DNA of 64,000 bases from an uncultured delta proteobacterium (GTDB lineage Bacteria > Myxococcota_A > Polyangia > Fen-1088): positions 224,001 to 288,000 of the forward strand of contig CAVTRY010000007.1 in assembly GCA_963737265.1 (NCBI GenBank), given 5' to 3'. Made by a program: the position numbers and the translations under genes. Below, one piece after another: positions 38,032 through 47,817 of the stretch. The first letter of the stretch is position 1. Every line of letters starts with the position of its first letter. Below the pieces are notes generated by a model. It saw only the letters and a list, made by a program, of their open reading frames with translations. It had not been told where the DNA came from and did not search any database.

Positions 38032-41000
38032 GTGCCGTCGCTCAAGGTCATCTGCCCGAAATGTGTCAAGGGACAGCAAGTGGTTGGCGATATTCCGCCA
38101 AGCGGAATCGACCAAGTCTGCATCTATTGCAAAACCACGTTCAAGGTCAGGCGGCCGGCGGCTTCGGTCGTCGATGACTTGCCTGCCGCCCGCGAGGCGA
38201 TTCCCCGCCCAACCGATCTGCCGGTTTCTCGCGATACCGTCCCACGCTCAGGCGATCTGCCGGTTTCTCGCGATGCCGTCCCGCGCCCAGGCGACCTGCC
38301 GGTTTCTCGCGATGCCGTCCCGCGCCCAGGCGACCTGCCGGTTTCTCGCGATGCCGTCCCGCGCCCAGGCGACCTGCCGGTTTCTCGCGATGCCGTCCCG
38401 CGCCCAGGCGACCTACCGGTTTCTCGCGATGCCGTCCCGCGCCCAGGCGACCTACCGGTTTCTCGCGATGCCGTCCCGCGCCCCACCAACCTTCCCGCGC
38501 CAAAGGGGCCGTCGTACGGCCCGAATCTTCCCACGACCACATCCGAGCGGACGCCTTCCAAGACACCCCCGCTCGGGCTCGCCTTGGAGCTGTCTTTCCA
38601 TCAAGACTTTCGGGCAGCGCAGGGCTCGCAAGGTCTCGGGTCTTCCGGCGAAATTGGCTCGCTCGACCTGGGATTGCCCCCCATCCCTCCCGGCGTTCCC
38701 AAGGGACCACCCGATCTGCGCAAGCCACCGCCCATTCCCAGTCTGGGGGGCAGCGCAGGACCGCCCGCCCCGCGGCCAGAGCCTCCGGCACGCACACCGA
38801 GCCGCAAGACTGGAGCCGCGGCATCCGCTGGGAATCTGGACCTCGGCTTCAGCTTGGAGCTCGAGGGCGACGCAGACGCACCATCGGATGCCGGGCGCGC
38901 CGCCATTCCGTTCCCGGGCGCGCGCGTGGCAAGCCAAGGCCTGGCGGAATCGGCTGCGGCCGGCATCAATGACGTGCCGGCCCTGGCGCCAGTCACCAGT
39001 CGAGGAGCGTCGGCGACGCAAGCGCTGCGTCCCGTGGCGCAGAAAATTCCAGTTCCCAAATGGCTGTTCTTTGCGGGCGGAGGCCTAATCGTGGCAGTTG
39101 CCGCGGCTTTTGTCCTCATGCCCATCTTGCATTCCGCGCCGAATCCCGAGAGCGTGATGAGGCCGTTCTTGCCAGAGTTGGCGAAAGACAATCTTCTGGC
39201 CTACGGCAACGCTGCCGATCATCTGGCCAAACGCGCCGCCGAATTCAAGAACGGCAACGCAAGGCTGCGCATCAAAGCCGCTGAATTGATCCTGACGGCG
39301 CTCGCCGTGCACGGGGAGGATCCCGCGAAGGCACGACGCGCGGAGGAGTTGCTGGAAGGCATCATACCGCAGCCCAAATTAGCGTCGGCCCTCGGCCGCG
39401 CACGCGCCCTTTTGGCCATCGCCAAGGGCAAGGCGCGGGATGTCGATGGCTTGCTCGCCGACCGCTCCGCTCCAGAAAGCCAGCTCATCCTCGGCATCGC
39501 CCGTATCGCCGAAGACAAGGCCGGCGCAGCCGTAACGCCACTTCGCCAATTCGTCGTGGCCCGACCGGCGGAGGCTGTCGGCCACTATCTGCTCGGCAAG
39601 GCCCTGGCCGCCAGCGCCGGCCCGGAGGCCCGCAAGGAATTCGAGGCCGTCTTGGCTGCGAACCCCACCCACGTGGGGGCGAAAGTGGGGCTGGCCCGTC
39701 TTGAGGAAACGCCGGAGAAACGCCTCGCAGCCGCCCGCGCGATCGTCGACCAGAAAGCGCAAGGCGCGGGCGCCACCGAGATGGCCGAGCTGCAGCTGCT
39801 GCTCGGCCAATCGGCCCAGGCGCTCGGGCGCACACCCGAAGCCGCGGACGCATTCCAGCGGGCGATTGCCTTCGACAAGCGTCTCATCGCCGCGCACCTC
39901 GCCCTCGGCGAGTCGCTGTTGTACGAAGGCAAATACCCACAGGCGCTGGAGCGGCTCAAGACGCCTGGACCGGCCCTGGAGGCAACCCCGGCGGGCAAGT
40001 TTGGTTTGGGCGGCGCACTCCTCGCCACCGGAAACGCAGAACGCGGATTGGCGTTGGTGAATGCCGCGGCCAAGGAACGCCCCGAGGATCCGCGTGGACC
40101 TTTCTGGCTTGGCTTTGCCAACACCCTCAAGAATCCCCCCAATCTGCCTGCCGCCGAGCAAGACTACCGCGATGCGATCAAGCGCGATGCCAAGTTCCTG
40201 CCTGCTTCGCTGAGGCTCGCGGCGCTCTTGCAGCAGGAGAACAGGGCAGACGATTCCCTCGCCGTGTTGCGCGCCGCCGAGGAAGCCGGCGCCCCGCCAT
40301 CCGTGTTGCAGTTGGCCTGGGGCGAGGCCCTCATCGTCGCCAAAGAGCCGGGCAAAGCCGAGGAGATTTTTCGCACGGCTCTCGCTGCCGATCCCGGCTC
40401 GGTGTCGGCGCGGCTGGGAATTGCCTCCGCGCTCGAAGCCCGGGGCAAATTGGCCGAGTCCAAGGAGTCTCTGGAAGACACGCTCAAATCGTCGCCAGAA
40501 ACCCTGGGCTTGCGCGAACGTCTGGCGCAGATATGCCTAAAATTAGGGGACAAGACCCAAGCGCTCGCGCGTTTCCAGGAGGAAATTCAGGCCGGTCACG
40601 CCACGCCCGCTTTGCGACTGGCGGTTGCACGGATTGCCCTCGACCTCGGCAAGCTTGAGCTCGCTCAGAGTGAAGTGAAGAAGGTTCTGGACGACAATCC
40701 GCGCAACGCCGAAGCCACCTTCGATTTGGCCCGCGTCTATGAAGCGCGCAACGAAGTCGGCGCGGCACTGCAGGAGTACCGCCACGCCACCACCTGGGAA
40801 AACGCGCCGGCCTATGGGCTCGCCTACGGCCGTCTGCTTGCCAAGGTCGGCAAGGAACACGAAGCCCTGATGGCCCTCGACGTGGCGACGTCCCAGGCGG
40901 ATGGCCGAATGGAACGCGGTCGGATCTACTATCGCCGGGGTGAATTGGAAGACGCGCTGGCCGATTTCCAGGCCGCGTCCAAGATGACCCCCGGCGAGGC

Positions 41001-41379
41001 CGAGCCCCTCATTTTGCAGGGACTTTGCTACGACAAGATCGGGCAACCAGCGAAGGCCGAGGAGGCCTGGCGGGCGGCATTGCGCGCGGATCCCGATGCC
41101 CCCGAACCCCACTACCGCCTAGGCCGCACGGAAATGGATCGCGGAAAACCGGCCGGCGCGATCGAGCACTTCCGCAAGGCGGAGGCCAAGGCGCCCGAGA
41201 AAGCGCCTTGGCGGGCCGAGCTGTACTTCCAGTTGGCCCAAGCCGAGCTTCTCACCGGGTCGAAGGCGGCCGCCCTCGCCGGGTTCAAGAAGTACTTGGA
41301 GCTCGCCCCACCAGACGCGCCCGCGCGACCCGAGGCGACCCACCAGATCGCCCGCCTAGCGAACAACGCCAAGAAGTAG
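38032..41379 (+). CDS. Zinc-ribbon / Pro-rich linker / single TM / multi-TPR protein (myxobacterial type)
   Basis: CPKC...CIYC at the N-terminus, repeat and Pro-rich linker, TM WLFFAGGGLIVAVAAAFVLM, many TPRs. Confidence 0.85.
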   Translation: MPSLKVICPKCVKGQQVVGDIPPSGIDQVCIYCKTTFKVRRPAASVVDDLPAAREAIPRPTDLPVSRDTVPRSGDLPVSRDAVPRPGDLPVSRDAVPRPGDLPVSRDAVPRPGDLPVSRDAVPRPGDLPVSRDAVPRPGDLPVSRDAVPRPTNLPAPKGPSYGPNLPTTTSERTPSKTPPLGLALELSFHQDFRAAQGSQGLGSSGEIGSLDLGLPPIPPGVPKGPPDLRKPPPIPSLGGSAGPPAPRPEPPARTPSRKTGAAASAGNLDLGFSLELEGDADAPSDAGRAAIPFPGARVASQGLAESAAAGINDVPALAPVTSRGASATQALRPVAQKIPVPKWLFFAGGGLIVAVAAAFVLMPILHSAPNPESVMRPFLPELAKDNLLAYGNAADHLAKRAAEFKNGNARLRIKAAELILTALAVHGEDPAKARRAEELLEGIIPQPKLASALGRARALLAIAKGKARDVDGLLADRSAPESQLILGIARIAEDKAGAAVTPLRQFVVARPAEAVGHYLLGKALAASAGPEARKEFEAVLAANPTHVGAKVGLARLEETPEKRLAAARAIVDQKAQGAGATEMAELQLLLGQSAQALGRTPEAADAFQRAIAFDKRLIAAHLALGESLLYEGKYPQALERLKTPGPALEATPAGKFGLGGALLATGNAERGLALVNAAAKERPEDPRGPFWLGFANTLKNPPNLPAAEQDYRDAIKRDAKFLPASLRLAALLQQENRADDSLAVLRAAEEAGAPPSVLQLAWGEALIVAKEPGKAEEIFRTALAADPGSVSARLGIASALEARGKLAESKESLEDTLKSSPETLGLRERLAQICLKLGDKTQALARFQEEIQAGHATPALRLAVARIALDLGKLELAQSEVKKVLDDNPRNAEATFDLARVYEARNEVGAALQEYRHATTWENAPAYGLAYGRLLAKVGKEHEALMALDVATSQADGRMERGRIYYRRGELEDALADFQAASKMTPGEAEPLILQGLCYDKIGQPAKAEEAWRAALRADPDAPEPHYRLGRTEMDRGKPAGAIEHFRKAEAKAPEKAPWRAELYFQLAQAELLTGSKAAALAGFKKYLELAPPDAPARPEATHQIARLANNAKK
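38215..38487 (+). repeat. 39-bp coding tandem repeat x7 (DLPVSRDAVPRPG), plus a degenerate copy at 38176-38214
   Basis: Unit GACCTGCCGGTTTCTCGCGATGCCGTCCCGCGCCCAGGC, no spacers. Confidence 0.95.
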
Positions 41380-41421
41380 CGGAGCCCGCACGTGGCGCGG
41401 GCGCAGCCGGTGTGTGAACTC

Positions 41422-41930
41422 TCACATCCTACCAAGGTTGGCCTCGATGCACTTCACCGCTGCAGCTTGCTCCTTGTCGCAGAATGGATCACGGATGGCA
41501 CTGACCCCGTTTTCGTCGCATTCCCAGTGCTCGAACCGGCTGCCGAAGCAAGCAGTCATACATGCGGCTCAGCTCGGCCTTGCAAATCGGCCCCGTGGCC
41601 ATGGACTCGCATCCCTGAACACATTCGTCTTGGTGACTGCAATGGAGCGACGCTGGTATCCGGCAGATCTCTTCGCACTTGCGTGCCTTGTCGCTTGTCG
41701 GGATTGCTTGTCGCTGTTCGACAACCGCTGCTGGCGGCGCCGTTGGCACTGCGGCCTTCACGGTGGGCGCCTTCGGCACAACCGCCGCATCCCGCTGAGG
41801 CGCGACGGTGCGGGTGTGGGTCAGCTGTGGATTTAGGCTTGGTTTGCATCCGGCAACAGCCATACATACCAGCGCCGCGACACTGGCGCGCAGCCCAAGC
41901 CGGGCCTGCGTCAGACAGCAGAATAGGGTG
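41422..41930 (-). pseudogene. Cys-rich lipoprotein with a one-base insertion at about 41535; start uncertain
   Basis: VAGC lipobox ...YDCLLRQPV continues in another frame as EHWECDENGVSAIRDPFCDKEQAAAVKCIEANLGRM*. Confidence 0.6.
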
Positions 41931-41997
41931 ACGTTCTTAATACGGCGACCCAGCACTAAATCTCCTTCCCTGCGACTCGAAGGAAAGCATCCTGGCC

Positions 41998-42954
41998 CTA
42001 TTGAAGCAGGGAGAGGTCGATCTTGTCGGAGTCTAGCCATTGCCTATCCATATCATCGTTGAACAGCCCTCGCGATGACGCCAGGTCGTCGATGGACGAG
42101 TAAGGCGCGAGCCCGGAAACCTGGCAGGTGTAGGTTACGCCTGCCGGGAACGCCACCCCGATCGCACCAAGGTCCGGCCAGAGAAGTTGTGTCGCCGAGG
42201 TATAGACCTGGATATGAGGTGAGGCGACCGTAGGGTTGTCAGGGCTCAGGTCGAGCATGTACACCTCGTTCGAGATGCCCGTCCATGACAGTTTCGAGTC
42301 CTTGGTAATAGGCTCCATCACGCAGACTCCAGATTGGCATTGCACATAATAGGTGCACGGGGAATTGACCGCACGACTGCCTGGCACCGAACACTCTGCC
42401 GGGAGTCGCAGTAAATAGTCGCCGTAACTCTGTGCCGTCAGCGCCTGAGCACAGGCAGCAAGCCCGATTGGAGTCATGTTGCTCCCCGCGCTGGCCATCC
42501 GCGCTTCGCAAGCGGCACCTCCATATCGACCTTCACAATTCTCCTCGGTGCCGAATTTCATCTTGAGGTATTCTGGGCTATGCGCCATCATCCCGCATAG
42601 CGCCTTCGCATATGCCGAACAAGCTGCCGACCATGAAGCGGAATCCGACGCGTCGGTCGACACACCGGTGCCCGCCTGCGCGTCGAGCTTTGCGCCGATG
42701 TCGGCGCTCACGTCTCTGCTCGGGCCAGCGTCCGCACCTGTATTCGCGCCCACCTCGTCCTTCCCATCACTTGTGGACATCCCCACATCGCTTGTACTCG
42801 CGCGCGGAGCTGCATCCAGATTCCCCCCATCCTGTCCGCTGGCGTGGCTACCCGACTCGCGGCAGGCAGAACCCAAACATAGAACGCACCAAGCAGCCGC
42901 CACGAGCCATCGGCTGCCACCGCGCACCCGCATCACGTGCTCGCTCTTCGTCAT
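41998..42954 (-). CDS. Cys-rich secreted lipoprotein, possibly internally deleted
   Basis: Lipobox GSAC, DAG-type linker, Cys-rich domain, then an abrupt switch to a beta-rich C-terminus. Confidence 0.6.
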   Translation of the reverse strand: MTKSEHVMRVRGGSRWLVAAAWCVLCLGSACRESGSHASGQDGGNLDAAPRASTSDVGMSTSDGKDEVGANTGADAGPSRDVSADIGAKLDAQAGTGVSTDASDSASWSAACSAYAKALCGMMAHSPEYLKMKFGTEENCEGRYGGAACEARMASAGSNMTPIGLAACAQALTAQSYGDYLLRLPAECSVPGSRAVNSPCTYYVQCQSGVCVMEPITKDSKLSWTGISNEVYMLDLSPDNPTVASPHIQVYTSATQLLWPDLGAIGVAFPAGVTYTCQVSGLAPYSSIDDLASSRGLFNDDMDRQWLDSDKIDLSLLQ

Positions 42955-42979
42955 TTGCCACTTCTCCTAACGAAAGTCG

Positions 42980-43525
42980 TCATCTCAAGAACCTGCACGC
43001 GCACTGGCACGCACTTGCAGGGTTGCCCGACACGTCCACAACAGCTCCTATGAGGGTGTCCGACGGTCCCTTGCCCCCGGCAACCTCCAAGAGCACCAGC
43101 CTCTCCTCGGCCGAAGCACCTGATCTGATCCGAGAAGCGAGAATATCATCCACCAACGGATCCTGCATCGGCCGAAGAGCTCGAATAGCGGCGATGCGAA
43201 CAATCGGATCCGGGTCGTCGAAATACCGCTACACGGTACCGACTGCGGGCGAATATCCCGAGTTTTCGATAGCCCGCAACGCCGTGATCTTGTTCGTCGC
43301 ATTATGGGCCTTCCAGAGCTTTTGAATCAGAAACTCGCCCACTTCAGCCGCCTTCTCGTTGTTTCCCTGCTTGGCAAACCGCCTGGCATAAGCCCCGAGC
43401 CCGTAGAGGCCGGTTTGACTGAAGGGCTCCTCAGCCAGCAATGATTTCATCGCGGCCACACCCTTGTCGTCAGGCCTGGGCGTCATCGATAGCGCATAGA
43501 GGATACGGAGCCTGAGCCCCAGCTG
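42980..43525 (-). pseudogene. HEAT-repeat protein fragment with an in-frame TAG at 43229-43231
   Basis: ORFs 43229..43486 and 42980..43168 share a frame: ITALRAIENSG...V*RYFDDPDPIVRIAAIRALRPM. Confidence 0.6.
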
Positions 43526-44766
43526 GCCTTGTACAGCGTTGCGTTCGAATGCTTTGTTCCATCCGGATCATCAGCCGGATTGATCGATGAGTTGATGATG
43601 GGAACGTAGTCATCGATCGGGACGTACAAGCCGAAGAGCTCCAGTTTGGTGTCGTCCGTCCGGAAATTACAACGTTCGAGGACGATGCTCGCGCCGGCGT
43701 AGAGTACTGTCTTCTCCATCGCCGGCATTCCCATGAACGAGTTGATCTTCACCGTCGCGCCCATGCTCGCCCCTGCGGTGATCTTGAGGTTGGTCTCGCC
43801 CAACGCAAGTGGCTTGGCGTCGATATTGAAGGTGAGGTTTGGGTCGAAGCTAAGACTGATCGCCTTGCTCTGATCGGTCTTCGCGCTCGGGCTGCCGTTG
43901 CCCGGCTGGTCCGCCACGGGAAACTGCGGATTCTGCGTGGTGAACTTGCACCACGGATGGTCCACGCCCGCATCCGCTTGGCCCGGAGTTGGATCTTGTT
44001 CAAACGTCGTCGACGGGCTCGCGTTGGGTACTTTGCCACCCGGGAACAGTGTCCCCGGATCAAAAGCTGGCGGATCCCACCGAGTATCCGGATCCACTCC
44101 GGCGTCTTGCTCGGTGCCCGGATTGCAGATGTTGATCTCGTCGCACGGGTTGTTGTCTCCGGGGAGTACTAGTCCTGAACAGTCAACAGAAACGCACCAG
44201 GCGTGTTCAGCGCAGCGTGCGTCGGTTCCTGGCTGCAGCGTCGCTGGGCACGTGGCGACGTCCATGATCTCGCGACACAAGTAAGAGGCGCCAAATTGCG
44301 ACTGGCATTCCTGGTCGCTGGTACATTCGCGCGTCGTTCCTCTGTCAAGTGGAATTTGACGCTTGTCCGCGTACGTACATCCTTCGCCGTTCTTTCCGGT
44401 TCCTATGGCAAGGCTCCCCGCGTCGGGCTGCGGAGGACATCCAGACGTGGGTGGGTTCGCAGTCGCACCGATTCCCGCATCGGGGTGTGCTATCAGCCAC
44501 TTCAGCTCGTCTTGGGCGGCAAAGATCGCGGCATCCGTTGCAGGATTCCCAACAGGCGTCGGCAGTTGGGATGCGACCTGGTCCTCCGGTTTGCAATTGG
44601 GCATCGGGGGCGCGTTCTGTGGAACTGCGGGGTCATTGAGAGGCTGGGAACTCGCAACCCAGATACAAGGTGAGAAGCCCGCTGATAGCACCAGCCAGAA
44701 CTGCATGCGGCCTACGGGCTCCGAAGATATTTCGCATGCGCGTCCCCTTCCTATGGCACGGCGCAT
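43483..44766 (-). pseudogene. Fragment of a large Cys/Pro-rich secreted protein
   Basis: Cys-rich CTSDQEC motifs. A plausible lipoprotein signal (MRNIFG...LYLGC) lies in a different frame, and the C-terminus runs into the HEAT fragment. Confidence 0.5.
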
Positions 44767-45014
44767 TTGTATTACGACTCCCTGAGCCAGGTAAACCCGG
44801 TATTTAGATACTTCTTTGAAAGAATTTTCTATTCAGCTGAAACATATTGATTTCGCACGAGAAAAGTCCCCAGTCGTCGGCAGGGATTGAGATCGCGAGC
44901 GGAGGCACTCAGTCCCAGCCTGCAGGGCCACAAGCTTCGTGCGCTTCGGTCGTGGTCTAGCTTGAACGAGCAGCGCTGCTTGTATTTCGCGGGGGACTCG
45001 CTAGGGTGGAAATC

Positions 45015-46259
45015 ATGAGCACGCTGATTTCCGCCGCCATGGCTGCCGCGTGTGCTGCCCTGTTTGCCGGTGGGTGCGCCACCACCGGCTTCAAGGCCCC
45101 GACCTTCAACGCCTCGACCGTAGACGGCGCGGTCAAGGCCAGCAATGCCTTCGGCTTTGCTCTCTACCGCCAGGCCCGGAAAGGCCAGGACAACTTCGTG
45201 TGCTCGCCGGCCGGGGCTGCCATCGCCCTGACCATGGTCGCTGCCGGCGCTCGCGGCGAAACCCAGGCCGAGATGTTGCACACCCTGCACATCGATCCCG
45301 CGAACCCCGACCAGACTTACGGATCGTTTGCTACCATCCTGGCGGCGCTTAAATCGCGCGATGGAGACGACGACCTAGTGATGAACGTGGCCGATCGCGT
45401 GTGGGTACAGAAAGACCTCAAGCTCTGGCCCGACTACGTTTCGCTGCTTCGCGACGGTTTTCGCGCACCGCTGGCCGAGGTGGACTTCAAGACGGACAGC
45501 GAAGCTGCGTTGTCGGCCATCAACCAATGGGCCTCGGACGAGACCCACGGCCGCATTCCGCAAATCCTCGCAGGACTAAACGATGCGGTCCGTATGGTCC
45601 TGGCCAACGCCGTCTATATGATGGGTGCGTGGCAGCAGCCGTTCGAGGAAAACGATACCCGCAACAGCAAGTTCGCCACAGTGAACAAAGAGTCCACGGT
45701 CAGGATGATGAGGCAGGTCTCAACCTTCCGGTTCGCAGAAGTGCACGGCGCGAAGCTGATCGAGCTGCCCTACAAGGGCGGACTATCGATGATTGTGGTG
45801 CTCCCGAAAGACGTCGACGACTTGGCCAAGATCGAGGAGCGACTTAGCGACTCCTATCCCGATTGGATCGGAGCATTGAAATACAGAGAGGTCGATCTGG
45901 AGTTGCCCCGTTTCACCGTAACGACGGAGCTGCCGCTAATACCCATGCTTACAGCGATGGGGATTCGGCGGGCCTTCGACCCAGATCGCGCGGACTTTTC
46001 GGGGATGGCCGTACCCGAGGTTACTCTCTTCGTCGGGAATGCGATCCAGAAGGCCTGGATTGAGACGAACGAGATGGGGACGGAGGCCTCGGCGGTGACT
46101 GTGGTCGAGGTGCATGCCGTGCTGATCCGTGCCATCGACAGACCGCCGCCTCCGCCACCGGTCATCTTCCATGCGGACCATCCGTTTTTGTACCTGATCC
46201 GCGATATGAAGAGCGGCGCAATTCTGTTTCTTGGACGCATGGTGAAGCCGGCGCAGTGA
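45015..46259 (+). CDS. Serpin (serine protease inhibitor), lipoprotein
   Basis: NAFGFALY, NFVCSPAG, GARGET, INQWASDETHGRI, LANAVY, hinge EMGTEASAVT, FHADHPFLYLIRD...ILFLGR; lipobox AGGC. Confidence 0.93.
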   Translation: MSTLISAAMAAACAALFAGGCATTGFKAPTFNASTVDGAVKASNAFGFALYRQARKGQDNFVCSPAGAAIALTMVAAGARGETQAEMLHTLHIDPANPDQTYGSFATILAALKSRDGDDDLVMNVADRVWVQKDLKLWPDYVSLLRDGFRAPLAEVDFKTDSEAALSAINQWASDETHGRIPQILAGLNDAVRMVLANAVYMMGAWQQPFEENDTRNSKFATVNKESTVRMMRQVSTFRFAEVHGAKLIELPYKGGLSMIVVLPKDVDDLAKIEERLSDSYPDWIGALKYREVDLELPRFTVTTELPLIPMLTAMGIRRAFDPDRADFSGMAVPEVTLFVGNAIQKAWIETNEMGTEASAVTVVEVHAVLIRAIDRPPPPPPVIFHADHPFLYLIRDMKSGAILFLGRMVKPAQ

Positions 46260-46360
46260 GCGCGCGGTGGTCAGGCAAGCGGGCCGCATATCGGATCTCG
46301 TGTGCTTCTTGTTTGCCGAGGCACTGCGAAGCTGCGAGTATGGCGGTTCTGAGGAAGAAC

Positions 46361-47571
46361 ATGCGCCACACCATCACTGCCATCCCGTTTGCTGTCTCGC
46401 GATTGTCCATCTGGGTGCCTGCCACAGCTCGAGTCCGCCGAGCTCGGGCGAAAGTGGGGCCGGCGGCAGCGCTACCGGGACGGGCGGCGCAGTTGGAGGA
46501 ACCGCAGGCGGCGGAGGAACCTCCAGCCAGGGCGGTGCCCCAGCCATGGGCGGCTCGTCAGCAAGCACGGTTGCGGCGGGCACCTGCGATGTCCCAGCCG
46601 AGGCCGGACCCGAGCCGACGACCGGCGCGACCGTGGTCGGCGACGGCACGCCTGCGAGCTGCACGGCGGCGGCATTCGAGACTGCCGTGCAAAAGGGCGG
46701 CCCCGTCACGTTCAACTGCGGCCCCGATCAGGCCACCATCACGCTCGACCATCAAATCGAGCTCCTGAACAACGCCGGGCCCGGCGCTCTTGGCCACAGG
46801 GTCATCGACGGAGGAAGCAAGGTGACGCTAAGCGGTGGCGACATCACCAGGCTCTTCTACCAGGACGCCTGCGATCCGAGCCTCGGACAGGTTGCCGGCG
46901 ATTGTACCAACTCGCCCAATCCCTCGTTGGTCATTCAGAATTTGGCCCTCGCCAATGCCTATGGGCCCTCTGCCTATTCGTCCTCCTCCGACGGGCTTGG
47001 CGGAGGAGCAATCTACTTGCGCGGCGGCAGTCTCAAGGTCTTTTTTAGTTCATTTTGCAACAACGTGACCGATCAGTCTGGATACCAGTATGCCGGGGGG
47101 GCATCTACGCAGAACACGCGTATGGGCGGGTCTACATCGTCAACAGCCTCTTCGGTGGAAGCCCTGGCTGCGCCAACCGATCGGCCAGTGGCGGCGCCCT
47201 GGGCGGAAGCTCAACATCCTTTACGATTCTCAACAGCCAGTTGACCTACGGTGGCGCAAACAGCTTTGGCGGAATCCCGCCGGCGCCGAACACACCTGGG
47301 GGCGGCTGCGGCGGCGCCATCTTCGCTCATGGCAACGGTATCAACCTGACCATCTGTGGCTCGAACGATTTCGAACAACGAAGCCGTGGCGGTTGGGGGT
47401 GCGGTCTACTATTCCGCCGACGATCTGCTTGGCAGCGTCCAGATCGACCGTTCGGTGTTTGCGGGGAATAGTCCGGACAGCAACCTGCCCTCGCCGGGCC
47501 GTGCAGAGAAGGGCGTCTTCTTGCAGACCGCCACGGCCAACATAACCATCACCAACACGACATTCAACTGA
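46361..47571 (+). pseudogene. Secreted Gly-rich beta-helix (Pmp/pectin-lyase-like) lipoprotein broken by three frameshifts (about 46396, 47100, 47365)
   Basis: VVGDGTPASCT, IDGGSKVTLSGG, repeated GGAI/FxxN motifs across ORFs 46267, 47055 and 47356. Confidence 0.7.
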
Positions 47572-47817
47572 CCGAAGCAGGGGTGGAAGGTGCCACGCCG
47601 CGCGGAAAAATTGGGGGCGTCATTGGCATAAAGCAAAGGCTTTGGTCTTGTTGAAGCGATTCATCCCTGAATCTTAAAGAGATCCGGACGGCGTTGCACC
47701 TCATCGAGAACCACCAAGCAACGGCGACCTCACCGCCGCGTTGCGCGGGTGTGCCTTCCACCACCCCTCCCTAGGAAGGCGCGGGCACCCCACGGCGCTG
47801 GTGCTATAAAAAGCTCG

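Noticed and set aside
38176-38487. Possible CRISPR array
   Set aside because: 39-bp units are head-to-tail with no unique spacers, lie in frame inside a CDS, and there are no cas genes.
43229-43231. Pyrrolysine or readthrough at the in-frame TAG
   Set aside because: It lies in a truncated fragment within a decayed region, TAG is used as a normal stop elsewhere, and there are no pyl genes in the window.
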